A stretch of 64,000 nucleotides of DNA from Selaginella moellendorffii. Its lineage: Eukaryota > Plantae > Lycopodiophyta. The notes beneath the pieces were generated by a model, which saw only the letters and a list, made by a program, of their open reading frames with translations, had not been told where the DNA came from and did no database searches. The stretch covers positions 2,418,719-2,482,718 of the forward strand of contig NW_003314273.1 of NCBI RefSeq assembly GCF_000143415.4, written 5' to 3'. The position numbers and the translations under genes are program-made. This document shows, piece by piece, positions 25,031 to 37,879 of the stretch (position 1 is the first letter of the stretch; each line of letters begins with the position of its first letter).

Positions 25031-26520
25031 TGTCACGAATGTGACTTTAGGTATCGAAAGTTATCTATCGGCTAGTCCTTTCAGATATTCTTTTCTTACT
25101 GCCATGACGGTAGGAAGTCAGTATTGCTGGACCCTTTATCAATCCCTCTTGTACTAGTGGAGTTAACTTGGCATTTCGAGTGTACTTAGACTAGATGAGC
25201 ATAAGGACGGAATTTCTACATGTTATTAGTTAAACATACTTAACCCAGTAAGGAGTTCNNNNNNNNNNNNNNNNNNNNNNNNNNNNNNNNNNNNNNNNNN
25301 NNNNNNNNNNNNNNNNNNNNNNNNNNNNNNNNNNNNNNNNNNNNNNNNNNNNNNNNNNCTTACTGTGTCTGCAAATACCTTTGCTATCATGCCTTTTGTG
25401 TTAATCTCATTATAATCCCAAATGCTATTTATAAAAAGTGTCTAGATTTGCTCATTTGGCATATCTATGGAATGGTGTTCATCTCGTATCCAAATTCGTA
25501 ATCTAAAGACATTCCATATTTAATAAGTTTTGAGTTTGTCCCAAATACTAACTCTTAGTATTAAGGGTGGCTAAGGGTGAAAGCCCAAAGCATGTGTTGC
25601 TCAAAGGTGGGGGACGGGGGGGAGGCTATAGGGGGTGTAAGTGACTAAATTTTCCATTTTACTTTAGTCATTTAACTACACTTCAACCATTTGGAGGAGT
25701 CTCACTCATAACCTCCATAAATCTTATTCCAGGCTTAGGGCTTGTTAACCCCGAGAATGGCATCCTTGCCACTCAACCTTTGCACTTGGTCTAAGTGCTT
25801 TATATGTTTAATCCTATGACCAACACCCAAAGGTGGAGCTTGTTGGGAGTTTCACTCTCATTCTTGACTTTCTGAGTCAAAGCTTTTTAGTCAAAATGTG
25901 TTACTCTCATTTAGCTTCCATTTCAACCACTACCATATGGCACCCTTTCGGTTCCACTTTTGGGGCTCTAGAATTTATATCTCATAGAGGGTTCCAAATA
26001 TATAGTAGGGATAGTGGGTAGGTTAAGCATGGCCGACCAACTTGAGGCATAGTCTAACTCCTATTTGCGTGCCTATCCTTGTTCTACATTTGGCTTGGGT
26101 CTAAGCCCAAGTTCCATACCATACTAGTCAGTGAAGTATCTATATCTTCACATTAGGCCACCAATATGCTGAAATAGTGATAGACTCTGTTTGGCTCCAT
26201 TTTGTGTGCTGGTCCTAGCATTGGGATGCTAGATGCTCTAGAATTGTTCCAAATTGCTCTGTGCTCCTATCTTTTTGCTCATTGGGTTGTATGCTTAGGA
26301 GTCATTCTGTGCTCTAATTCTTTTTCTCCTTGGCTCCATGCTTAGGAGTTTGGCTTTGTTTTTTCATTCAATGGCTCAAGGCTTTGAAACTCAAATTCCA
26401 CTCCACTGTCTTTAGGGACACGTGGCATGTGACACATGGCACATGAAGGGTTTATGTTCTACTTCGTGGTTATCCTATAGTAAATCACTATAAGATAAAA
26501 GGTAAACCACATTGCCAACA
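25031..26520 (+). mobile_element. LTR family A inserted in internal E (spans the N gap)
   Basis: Starts TGTCACGAATGTGAC like 17675; the 3' half matches 18280-18815. Confidence 0.8.
25636..25986 (-). mobile_element. Internally deleted mini-LTR D inserted in LTR A
   Basis: Carries both LTR D termini (reverse complement of 30830-30956 and of 27176-27300); putative 5-bp TSD GGGGG/GAGGG. Confidence 0.65.
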
Positions 26521-27424
26521 CTTCCCATAGGAGAAAGAGGGCAAACCTGAATAGTTTTCAAAACTGGGAAATATTAAAGTTAATATGTGTTTTTTTTCAT
26601 ATTTGTTTATGTGAAGCCAATGAAGATAACTCTTGGAGGTCATCCTCTGTAGCAGTGGGGAGGGATGGAAAGAATGAATTTTTACATTGGCATATAGAGT
26701 GTTAGCTGGTTTCTCTGACATCTACAACCAAATTACAATAAGCAAGGTCATTGGAAATCAAGTTCTTACTTTCTTGGATGTCCTCACTATGGAGTTGCCT
26801 TTGTACATTTTGAGTAGTCAGGGCTGGACAAGCAGCAGCAGTAGGATCTGGGGAATGAGCAATTGCTGTAGAATGAGATGGGGCAAGAGATTTTTTAGTT
26901 GGGTTCTCCACTTGTTCGTCTTTAGTTTGCTCAATATGAATCTCGTCCCTATCCTGAGGCATCTCGTGCTACAATAAGTGGTTTAATGAGTCTCTAAATT
27001 AGAGAGATTATGCTCCTTAGAGGATAGCCAAGGCATGGTGAGTCATTGGTATCAAACCATTGATGAATATTAGCTTGGGGCCAAGGATAGAAAATGGTAA
27101 TCCATGATGGGGTTACTTTATAAAATGGTTTATCATCCGATGAGGACATCAAACTTTGTCTATGGGTAATAGAGTTATGAGACATAAATCCCTAAGCCCT
27201 AAAGTGGAGCCAAAAAAGTGCCACATAGTAGTAGTCGAAATGGAAGTCCAACAAGTGTAACATGTTTGGACCAAAAGCTCTAACTTGGAAAGTCAAGAGT
27301 AGGATAGAACTTTGAACAAAGTGCTAAAAAAATGAATATGAAGCAATTGGTGATTAAGTCTCTAAAAAGAGACACAAGAAGGACTAACACATAGCAAATG
27401 TTGTGACATATGGAAGTGTTAACA

Positions 27425-27960
27425 ATGAGTCCGAGATGGGACCCTAGAAGGAGTCCGAGGTGGAGTTTGAGAAGGAGTATAAGAAGGAATCCGAGATGGA
27501 ATCTGATATGAACCCGAGATGGACCCGAGATAAAGTCCGAGATGGACCCAAGATGAAGTCTAAGATAGAGTCCAAGATGAAGTCTAAGATGGACCCAAGA
27601 TGGAATCCGATATGGACCTGAGATGGACCCGAGATGGAGTCTAAGATGGACCTGAGATGGAGTTTAAGATCAAGACAGAGACCGAGATCGAGACTGAGAC
27701 TGAGACTGAGTCCAAGTCCAAGTCAGAGTTTGAGTCCAAGTCTGAGACCGAGACTGAGACTGAGACCAAGACCAAGTCTGAGACCGAGGCTGAGACCGAG
27801 TCCTAAATTGAGTTTGAGACCGAGTTCGAGACCAAGTCTAAGACCGAGGCTGAGACCGAGTCCTAGATTGAGTTTGAGACCGAGTCCGAGACCGAGTCTG
27901 AGACTGAGTCCGAGCCCGAGTTTGAGTTTGAGTTTGAGTCCGAGTCTGAGTCTAGGTCCC
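27425..27960. repeat. GAGTCC/GAGACC/GAGATG hexamer minisatellite in LTR D; second copy at 29370-29690
   Basis: Direct reading; it generates the spurious Arg/Pro/Ser/Leu-rich ORFs. Confidence 0.9.
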
Positions 27961-30900
27961 AGGGTGAAAGCCCAAAGCAATCATCTTCCAGACCCTAGGG
28001 GAGTATAATAGAGGGAGCACTCCAATGGAACTAATTTGGCTAGGAAATGTTAGTTTGGCCAAGAAAGGCCAATGCAACCAAGGAAGGCTATACCCACATG
28101 TTGGGCGATGATATATCTATTGAGGAGTCCAAGGCTAAAGTGAATATGAATAAACAAGTGGGTAGCTTGGTGAAGTGTTTAAGTGCCAACTCTAGCTTCC
28201 CTGGGATATCAAACAGTCAGTGTGACCCAAGAAGGCTATACCCATGTATTGGGTGATGATATATCCATTGAGGAGTCCAAGGCTAGAGTGAATACGGACT
28301 GACAAGCAGGGTAGTTTGGTGAAGTGTTCAAGAGTTGGTTTTAGTTCCCTCAGGAGATCAAATGGTCGATACTCCCAATCCAAGTGTGGGTGGCACTACC
28401 TACTTAAATACTTAGTGTGGCTCATCAAAACCTTGCTCTAGCCACATGGCTAGGGCACCCAAATGTAGAAGGTGGGGAGAGTACTCATGAGGCTTGTATA
28501 AGGCCATGGTGTTTCAAAATGTTGTCCCAAAGTCTTAAACTGTGAAAAAGAAGAGGAATAATCCTTTAGTGTAATAACTAAGGATATGGTCACATAGTGA
28601 AGAAGTCCTAAAAAATAGTGGGACTTAGTGGCTAGACCTTTGGGCCTTGACCCAGTGGTGGTGTTGGTAAGCATGGCTGTTGATGAAGAAGGATTTTGGT
28701 GGGAATGGAATAAGGGACATTGGGGAAGGGTGTTCCTCATATCTCTAGGCATCCTAAAGGTGCTAAAGTGTGATTAGAGGATGACCACTCATGGACAAAT
28801 GGCATAGTCTTTAGGAAATGGGTCTATGGTATGGGTGATCTTGGATTACTAATGAAACAAAGGTGAATGATAGCCTTAATGTAACAAGTTGATATGTCAA
28901 TGGTACCTTTGAGTATCAGTTATAGGATCCAGTATGTGATGCACTTGGACCAAGTGCAAAGGTTGAGTGGTAGAGATACCATTCATGGGGCTAGCATGTC
29001 CCCAAATCAAGAATAACAGCAACAAATATCATGGCCACAATCATATTCTTGCCCTTATCCTTGAACTCGAGTAGTAACAACATCAACCTCCATTGGCACA
29101 AGACTATCTCCTATAGGAAGTGGAGCTGAAGGACGTGTAGCAAAAAGTTTAAAGCCCCAAATTGGAGCCAAGAGAGTGCCATGTGGTAGTGGCAGAAGTG
29201 GAAGCCAAACGAGTATAACACAATTAGACTAAAAGCTCCAACTTAAAAACATGAGAGTAGGAGTGCAACTCCCAATGAAGTGCTTGAGGAATGAGTATGA
29301 AGCAATCAATAAGCGAGTTTCTAGAAAAGGGACATAAGAGGACAAATATATAACATATGAAAGTGTCAAAACCGAGTTTGAGATGGACCCAAAATGAAAT
29401 CCAAGAAGGTTTGAGATTGGAGTCTGAGTTGGAGTCTGAGATGGAGTCAAGATGGAGTCCAAGAAGGAGTCTGAGATGGACTTGAGATGGAGTCTGAGAT
29501 AGAGTTTGAGAAAAAGTCTGAGATGGAGTCCAAGAAAGAGTGAGATAGAGTCTGAGAAAGAGTCTGAGATGGAGTTCAAGAAGGAGTCCGAGATGGAGTC
29601 TGAGAAGGATTTTGAGACTGGGTTCGAGATCAAGGCTGAGATTGAGACCAAGACCGAGACTGAGACCAAGACTGAGACCGAGACCAAAAGGACGGCTACC
29701 GATGTGCTGCAATTGGCGCGCTGCAGCGGGGACGACACGTGCTAGGCTTGGCTCGGACAAGGGGGTCACCCATGACATTGGCCTTTGGGCGCGACACACG
29801 TTGCACATTCAATAGCGTCACCAATATCCCAACTAACAGTTTTACTAGATTAGCCAGCGGGGCGAGGGGCCAGATTTAGCGGAAAGACCCCCGCCCTAAT
29901 TTTCCCTAAATAGGATTTAAAAGCTTTGAAAATACATAAAGTCTGAGTCCAAGTCCAAGTTCAAGTCCGAGTTCAAGTTTGAGGGTGAAAGCCCAAAACA
30001 ATTATTTCCCAGACCTTGGGGGGTTTGGTGAGCTCCACAGTGGAACAAATTTAGTTAGGAAAGGCTAGTGTGACCAAGGAAGGTTATACCTATATGGTGT
30101 GTGATGATATAACCATTAAGGAGTCCAAGGCTAGAGTAAACATGAATAGACAAATGGGATAACTTAGTGAAATGTTCAAAAGCTGCCTTTAACTCCCCCA
30201 AAAGATCAAATAATCAATGCTCCCAATCCAAGTGTAGGTGACACTACCTACTTAAATACCTTATGTGGCTCATCAAAACCTCATTCTAACCATATGGATA
30301 AATCACCCAAAGGCAGAAAGTGGGGAGAGTACCCACAAGGCTTGTATAGGGCCACGGTGTTACGAAATGTCACCCCAAAGTCTCAAACTATGGAAAGGAA
30401 GAGGAAAAATCCTCTGGTGTAATAATTAAAGATATGGTCACATAGTGAAGAAGTTCTAGAAGACAGTGGGATTTAGTGGTTGGGCTTATGAGCTTTGACT
30501 TAGTGGCAGTGTTGGTGAGCATGACTATCGATGAAGAAAGATTTGGTGGGAATGGAATAATGGACATTGGGGAAGGGTGTTCCCCATTTCTCTAGGCATC
30601 CTAAGGGTGCTAAAATGTGATCAAGGGATGACCACTTATGAACAAATGGCATAATCTTTAGAAGATGGGTTTGTGGTATGGGTGGTCTTGGATTACTAAT
30701 GAAACAAAAGTGAATGGATATAGTCTTAGTGTAACAAGTTGATTTGTTAGTGGTATGTTTGGATGTCTATAGTAGGTTTGGACATGTGGAGCACTTGGAC
30801 CAAGTGCAAAAAACTAAGTGGCATAGATGCCATTCATGGGGTTAACATGTTCCCAAGTTAGGAGTAAGACTTATGAAAGTTGTAAGTGAAAATCCTCCAA

Positions 30901-32308
30901 GTGGTCAACGGTGTGGTTAAGTGACTAAAGTAGAATAGAAAATTAAGTCATTTACAATTTGGTATTAAAACTATTCCTTAGTCTAACTTTTATTCATGGT
31001 CAAATATATCACCACTTGTATTGGCATTAAAAAGTCTTAAGAGTGAGTCCATCCTTGAGTAGTATATCAAGAGAGCATAGCTCTCCACTTTAGTTTATAT
31101 ATGAATATGTAAGTAATGTGGTAGATAAAAAAAGGGCTAATAAGGGAATGACTCTAAGATTTTGGGAACAGTAAAAGCTTTTCCTAAGAGATTTAAGGAT
31201 ATTATCCATATAAAATAGTGCAATAATCAAAAGATAGGAGCAAAAGACTAATAACTAAGAATGGATTATAAAAATTATTGAAAGGAATCCAAATGACAAG
31301 TTAGATAAGGAACACATGTGGTGGATATCAATGAATTGTGGGAAAGGAAATATATTTCCAAAGATGGATTTCCCAAATGCTCCAATATGGTAAATGTAAT
31401 AGCTTCAAGAGATGAAGCAGCAAAGTAGCCAAATAATAAGGCCATGGATAGTCCTAGGATAAATTATGAATAAATGGAATTTAGTGTCTAAGGTGGCACA
31501 AAGTAAAAAAGAGGATGATAGTGCCCTCAATTGAAGGATTTTTTAGGATGGAGAACTAGAGTTTGTATCACATGTGCAATGCAAAATGTTGAAAACACTA
31601 AAGAAATTGACTTGAGAAGTCAACATTATAATTCTAAAGTATGATGGTTATATTGATAGAGCTTAAGACTACACTAGAATAAATAGTAAAAGTGAGATAG
31701 AGAAGGTGTCTCTAACAAGTTTAATGAGAACTAAATGAACAAAGGGAAAGAACCATTACATATGATCTAATGAGACTTTAAGTTGTAAAAACTACACTCC
31801 TTAAGAGATGGAAAAAGTATGGTGAGCCTTCAATGTTTAACCATTAATGAATATTGACTTGGTGCTAAGGAAAATAATAATCCATGATGGGGTTACTTTA
31901 TGAAATGGTTTATTATTCAATAAGGATATCGAATTTTGTTCATGAGTGGTGGAATTGTGAGACACAAATCCTTAAACCCCAAAGTGGAGTTACAAAGGTA
32001 GCCAGCCTCAGAAATGAGAGGTTTATGAGTAGATATGTAGCCATGTCTACTTCATTGTCAATAATATCTCAAAGTGCTAGAGGTGTATGTAAACTCAATC
32101 ATAAATCAGGATATTGAGATTATAAGATAAGATTTGTATACCAATTTTTAAATATGATAAATTATTTAATAAACTCTATAATAATACAGAACTGGTTAAC
32201 AATATTTTTACTAAGCTTTTCTATTTACTAAAATAGAAGTATAAAATAGAATAAATTAGAAAATTTAACACATCTAAACTAGTGAAATAGTATATAGAAA
32301 TAAATAAA

Positions 32309-32731
32309 TTATGAAAATTCTAAATTAAATCTCTTCTTAGGTATAGACCATTCTCTTCCATAATGTTTATGAGTTTCAAAAATTCCATATCCAAATATAT
32401 AATACTCTATATATTCAGATTCTTCATATTCACTATTACTATTTTGAACATAAACAGAGAAACTTCTTAAATTTTCTTTATAAGGTCCATCATTAATTTT
32501 AAAATCACACCAAAATTGAGTTCGACCAATCCATCTTGTTGCAAACTTGAATGAAAATCTTTGTCTATCATTTAAATTACCTGGGTTTATATTATCATCT
32601 TTTGATGCACAAGATGGATAAATTGAGTAGCCTATTCTATTAATAATAAAAATTTCAATAGAATTACAACTAAAAAATAATAAAAATATAATAATTATAA
32701 AAATATTTATCTTCAGCTTAAAATACTTCAT
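32309..32731 (-). CDS. S-protein homologue (SPH, Self-incomp_S1 family) small secreted protein, copy 1
   Basis: Signal peptide, then IFIINRIG...CASKDDNI...L...QRFSFKF...GRTQFWC, the SPH signature C-x-SKDD and F-x-F...T-x-FWC. Intronless. ATG at 32731. Confidence 0.85.
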   Translation of the reverse strand: MKYFKLKINIFIIIIFLLFFSCNSIEIFIINRIGYSIYPSCASKDDNINPGNLNDRQRFSFKFATRWIGRTQFWCDFKINDGPYKENLRSFSVYVQNSNSEYEESEYIEYYIFGYGIFETHKHYGREWSIPKKRFNLEFS

Positions 32732-33552
32732 CAAGAAATTTATAAGATAGATGAAATATAAATGACTTATTATGTAAAGTTGTTTTCCTTATGCTAATAT
32801 ATAATAGAAAAATAATAGTTTAATAGATAGTTTTAATTTATTTTAAAATAACATAAAACAAAATAAAAAAGATATTATAAATTTATAATTAATTTGTTTT
32901 ATAAGGGTCATCGAGAGACTTCTATTAGTTGAATGAAGCTGCAGCTGCCGTCGTGGGAGGAGAAAATTTGTAGGAGCACCCTTCTTNNNNNNNNNNNNNN
33001 NNNNNNNNNNNNNNNNNNNNNNNNNNNNNNNNNNNNNNNNNNNNNNNNNNNNNNNNNNNNNNNNNNNNNNNNNNNNNNNNNNNNNNAATCCGGACCACTC
33101 GCTCTTGTATATAAGCTAGGGTTTTTGGGCTAATTGATATGCACATTTATGTATTCCCTTTCCATATTCCAAGCACTCACAACTTGTAATATATATAAAA
33201 ACTAATACTCCAAAAAACTGAAAAATAAATTTAAATATAGATAATCACAATGAATAAATATTGATCTTTTATTTGTAAGAACCACTATATATATTACTAT
33301 TAACTAAAGTACTTCACAACAAAATAAACAAGATAAATATTATAAATTTAAGAAAAAACTTTAAAGATAAAAAGTTTTACATTTATAAAACAAATTAATT
33401 ATAAATTTATAATATATTTTTTATTTTGTTTTATTTTATTTTAAAATAAATTAAAAATATCTATTAAACTATTTTTTTATTATATATTAGCATAAGGAAA
33501 ACAACTTTACATAATAAGTCATTTATATTTCATCTATCTTATAAATTTCTTG

Positions 33553-33975
33553 ATGAAGTATTTTAAGCTGAAGATAAATATTTTTATAATTATTATATTT
33601 TTATTATTTTTTAGTTGTAATTCTATTGAAATTTTTATTATTAATAGAATAGGCTACTCAATTTATCCATCTTGTGCATCAAAAGATGATAATATAAACC
33701 CAGGTAATTTAAATGATAGACAAAGATTTTCATTCAAGTTTGCAACAAGATGGATTGGTCGAACTCAATTTTGGTGTGATTTTAAAATTAATAATGGACC
33801 TTATAAAGAAAATTTAAGAAGTTTCTCTGTTTATGTTCAAAATAGTAATAGTGAATATGAAGAATCTGAATATATAGAGTATTATATATTTGGATATGGA
33901 ATTTTTGAAACTCATAAACATTATGGAAGAGAATGGTCTATACCTAAGAAGAGATTTAATTTAGAATTTTCATAA
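33553..33975 (+). CDS. S-protein homologue (SPH) small secreted protein, copy 2
   Basis: Same protein as copy 1 except one D to N change (KINDG vs KINNG). Confidence 0.85.
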   Translation: MKYFKLKINIFIIIIFLLFFSCNSIEIFIINRIGYSIYPSCASKDDNINPGNLNDRQRFSFKFATRWIGRTQFWCDFKINNGPYKENLRSFSVYVQNSNSEYEESEYIEYYIFGYGIFETHKHYGREWSIPKKRFNLEFS

Positions 33976-34565
33976 TTTATTTATTTCTATATACTATTTC
34001 ACTAGTTTAGATGTGTTAAATTTTCTAATTTATTCTATTTTATATTTCTATTTTAGTAAATAGAAAATCTTAGTAAAAATATTGTTAACCAGTTCTGTAT
34101 TATTATAGAGTTTATTAAATAATTTATCATATTTAAAAATTGGTATACAAATCTTGTCTTATAATCTCAATATCCTGATTTATGATTGAGTTTACATACA
34201 CCTCTAGCACTTTGAGATATTATTGACAATGAACTAGACATGGCTACATATCTACTCATAAACCTCTCATTTTTGAGGCTGGCTAATCACACTGAGCAAA
34301 AAGATTAGCGTCCAAATAAGCATGAACTAGATATCTACTCATGCTCTAATTGACAACCTCTCATTTCATAATGTTTATATGGATGGTGCTAACATACTAA
34401 GGTTCAGAGCATAATGAGCACACGAAAGCAAAAGGATTAGTGAGGCCGTCCAATGTTCTATTATCAAGCAATTGTAAAAAAAATTGTAATCTTACATTCA
34501 CAAGAATTTATAGTGGTTTTGAAAGTACCTACAAACTTAATCCAGTGTATCTTACAATAACTTAC

Positions 34566-36983
34566 TTAAATGTTGTTTAGGATGTTCTTGGATGAAGTCA
34601 GACGCGAAAATGACGCAATAAATCGGCTCTAAAACAAAACAAACGAGAAAGACAAAGTGAAGCTCTGCAGCATATCAAAAGTGTCGGAAGTTACCATTTG
34701 AAACAAGACCATGGTCCACCAGCAGCTGCTTAGGCCGAAGCCAAGCTTGTGAAATACCTGTTCATGCAAATGTGTATGATTCTTAAACCAGGTGATGTTT
34801 GCTTTCTTACCAGCATAAGTACAGTTCCACACACAAAAGCAAATGCCATGTTAAGCCCCAGAAAATTCAAATCCCCGCTAGCCTGTGAATGCCAACGTTA
34901 TTTAAACCCGATAGTTATCTCAGTACATGCAAATTATACCAGAAGCGTCCCTTCGAGAGCGAGGGCTGGCGGAGTCAGCGCTATGCTGAAAAAGAACGGT
35001 GTGACGACGGTGTGCATCTGCGGCGCAGCAGAGTATCATATCAGTTCCATAGCATGATAATCATCGCCCACCTTTTCTATGATTGCGGAATCATTTGTAA
35101 AGAGCTGCGGAAGGAAGACTGGAATCGAAATGCCTACAACCGCTGAAGCTACTCCTAGAACCACGCCGCTGACGAGGAGCTTTTGTAGCAGCCTTCGTGC
35201 CTGCAAAGGATGGAGGAAAAGTTACGTCAAGAACACAAACGAGATGCATGAGACTTGCCTGTTTCTGTTGGCCACCACAAAGCAGTCCGGGCATGAAAGA
35301 CTGTGCAGTCTGAGCCAGGGGTTCTCCCCAGACCGAAAACAATGAAAATACCCCAACCATAACCTGTCAGACATCTAAGTCAAGCGAAAATGAGTAACCA
35401 GGAAAAAGATGTTGTGATCGACCTGATGAGCAGCTAGAGTCACCGCGCCTAGTGAAGTTGCAAAAAATGTGATACTTGTGTAAAAAGCCACCTACAGGAT
35501 ATAATGTTAATGCTTTGGAGCTCACTGTGTCACATTTACCTTGGACAACATCGTCAAAAGGACCGGACCCGTTATTTTGATCATTTGAGCGAGGTCTTCC
35601 ATGCGAGGGACTTTGATCGCCAGGGGATCATAGCCCTTGTCTTTCAGTGACTTTAGCGTCAGGAACCCTCCAACATACTGCAAGCACAAAGTATCAGAAC
35701 AAGCTTTCAAAGTATATCATCAAGTGCTAGATAAGTTTGCGAACCTGCGCTAGCATTGTCGCCCAGGCCGCACCAGCAATACCGTATCCAAGAAATGTGC
35801 ACAGCAGGACGTCTCCTACAGCGTTGATGAGGCTTACGACTGCTAGCACTTTGAGAGGGCTTACCGAGTCCTGCATCCCCAAGCTAAGGAAAAGAAGAAG
35901 AAGAAGAACCTTAAAACGTTTGCATGGCTGATAAGAATGATCAAGAGTGTACATACCTTGCACCTTGCCCAACCATCGTAACCAGCACTGCCGGCCAAGC
36001 GAAAGCTCTAATCTGAAACATTGCTCAAGCCATAATTTCAGAACATAAACCTTTTGCGGATCTTACATCAACGTAGCACGCGGCCGCAGGAATAACCGCA
36101 GTGTTTCCCCCAACAAACGCTGCAAGAACACCGATTTTGCTATCGTCTTAAGAACACCTCGAGAGACGTACCATGAAGCATCGTTCTGGACGAAAGCTTG
36201 ATCACAGTGAACATCACCACGCCACAGGAAACCGCAACGAACAGAAACCTCGCTAGATGGTTTGCTGCCTCCGTTTCGTCCTGGGATGGCGAATTCACGC
36301 CGAAGATAATGCTCATCAAGGAACACTTCCGTGAATACCTTTTTCGCAAGCGATATTGCCACAAGATTTGAGATGGCAACTGACAAGAACAGGAAACAAT
36401 AGCCCAGCCCATCACAAACCACCGTTCCAGGTCCTGGAAAACGAGAGACCATATATGAAACAAGTATATGGTTTGAACTTTACGTACCAAGAGCGGCCAG
36501 TTCTATGGAACTCGTGATGCCGACCACGCTCGTATCTATCAGACTCATAATCGGACCAGATAGCCATATCCCCAGAGCTGGACCTGCAAATGCGAAGATC
36601 TGGCGCATTTCCTCGACCAGATTCGTGCTATCATCGTCTTGAAGGAAAGCCGGTGCTTCAGGTGCGTTGTCTTCGAGAATAGTAGCAGTGCTCGCAACCT
36701 TGAGCAGTCCTTCTGTTGCTTCGATGGCGTTGTCTCCAGAAACGTAATACTTGACAGGATCATTGCTCGCCGGAGGCAAATCCCTCTCTGCTAAATCCCT
36801 CTCTTGGAATTCGGCAGTGGTGGCATTCTCCGGCTCGAGACAGCGCCACCGCTGCTTACCTCTCACTCTGAGCAGAGCAATGCGATTGAGGCCACAACGC
36901 CGCGATCGCCCAGCTGCAAATCTGTGCAAATGGGATGCGAATTCCGCCCTAGCGGTCCAGAGACGCAATGGGGCACACTCCAT
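34566..36983 (-). CDS. MATE/DETOXIFICATION transporter, DTX46/EDS5-like, with probable plastid transit peptide; multi-exon
   Basis: [81 protein letters not shown] introns. Last exon [20 protein letters not shown]. Confidence 0.9.
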
Positions 36984-37879
36984 AGCTATCGAATGGCTCT
37001 AGCGATAGAACAAAGAAAAAAAATCACTGAAAAGCTGTGATCCGAGCTGAGATTCACTGAAACCACTGTGAGCGCTCTTTACCCTCGTCCAAGCTGACAA
37101 GGAATTGCCACTCGATCAGACAAATGTGTGAAAGACGTACCGCCATTGAAACTCAATCCCGGATAAGGCACGTGTACAAATACGTGGCATGCGTATCTAT
37201 ACACACACACAAAGTGTAAGTTGGTTAGAAAAAACAAGGAGAGACTCGTTTCTCTTGAGCTTTCTATTGAGAAATTCTTTTACAGGGCGAGAGTCGCGCT
37301 CTTGGGACAAGAATTCTATCATCACCGTGTATCACATGCAAATAAATATGCAAGAAAAAACACAGAAACATCGATATGACAGACGAGCAAAACAATGCAT
37401 TGAGTATAGTTGTTCAGCGACACAATCTCAGAATCATCAACATGGAAAATCCTGTAACCATCTGCAAGAAAACTTATTTTTCTCTGAGATCTCGATTGGT
37501 TGCTAGAGAGTAGACAAGAAGCGCGCACGTTGAGAAGCGACTTTTCCTATGTGGAGGTGGACGACGTCTATCCCCGAGTCAGAACCGGGGGTCTTCGTAA
37601 CAAAATCTTTCACGGTTTAAAGAGTTGAAAGCAAAAATCGAAGAGCATGAGATAGTACCTCTTGATTCGGAAGCTTTTGTCGAACTTCGCGAGGTGATGA
37701 TGATGTGCCCGAAGCTGATGAACCTGGACCCGAACAGCAGCCAAGTCACTCACGGTCTTCATCGAGTCGCGCAAGTTGATCTGCGCTGACGATGGAAAAG
37801 ATACATAATTGGATCGGAAGTATAGCCTCAAGGCCATAAGCGAGAAGCAACGGTGTAAAGCCAGTAGGTAGTTTCTCAG

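Larger units (their letters stand above)
24360..31998 (+). mobile_element. Tandem array of a non-autonomous LARD-like element: internal E, LTR D, LTR D, PBS, internal E, PPT, start of LTR D
   Basis: LTR D copies at about 27176-29015 and 29150-30956 (ends TTTACA, followed by degenerate PBS TGGTATTA). Internal E at about 31000-31955 matches 24360-25030 plus 26985-27175. PPT-like GAGTGGTGGAAT precedes TGTGAGAC at 31956. Confidence 0.7.
31999..34285. repeat. Near-identical inverted duplication (arms about 31999-32904 and 33383-34285) around a spacer containing an N gap
   Basis: The arms are reverse complements with only scattered substitutions. Confidence 0.92.

Noticed and set aside
24731-25036. 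FWNFNID and SDDKP (27130) as EEP endonuclease motifs in internal E
   Set aside because: The motif order on the - strand is wrong for an EEP domain and the matches are too weak.
27634-29815. ORFs rich in R/P/S/L or E/S/K (27634-28008, 27723-27980, 29224-29808, 29506-29745)
   Set aside because: They are translations of the hexamer minisatellite inside LTR D, not proteins.
32925-33146. ORFs spanning the N run
   Set aside because: Artefacts of the assembly gap.
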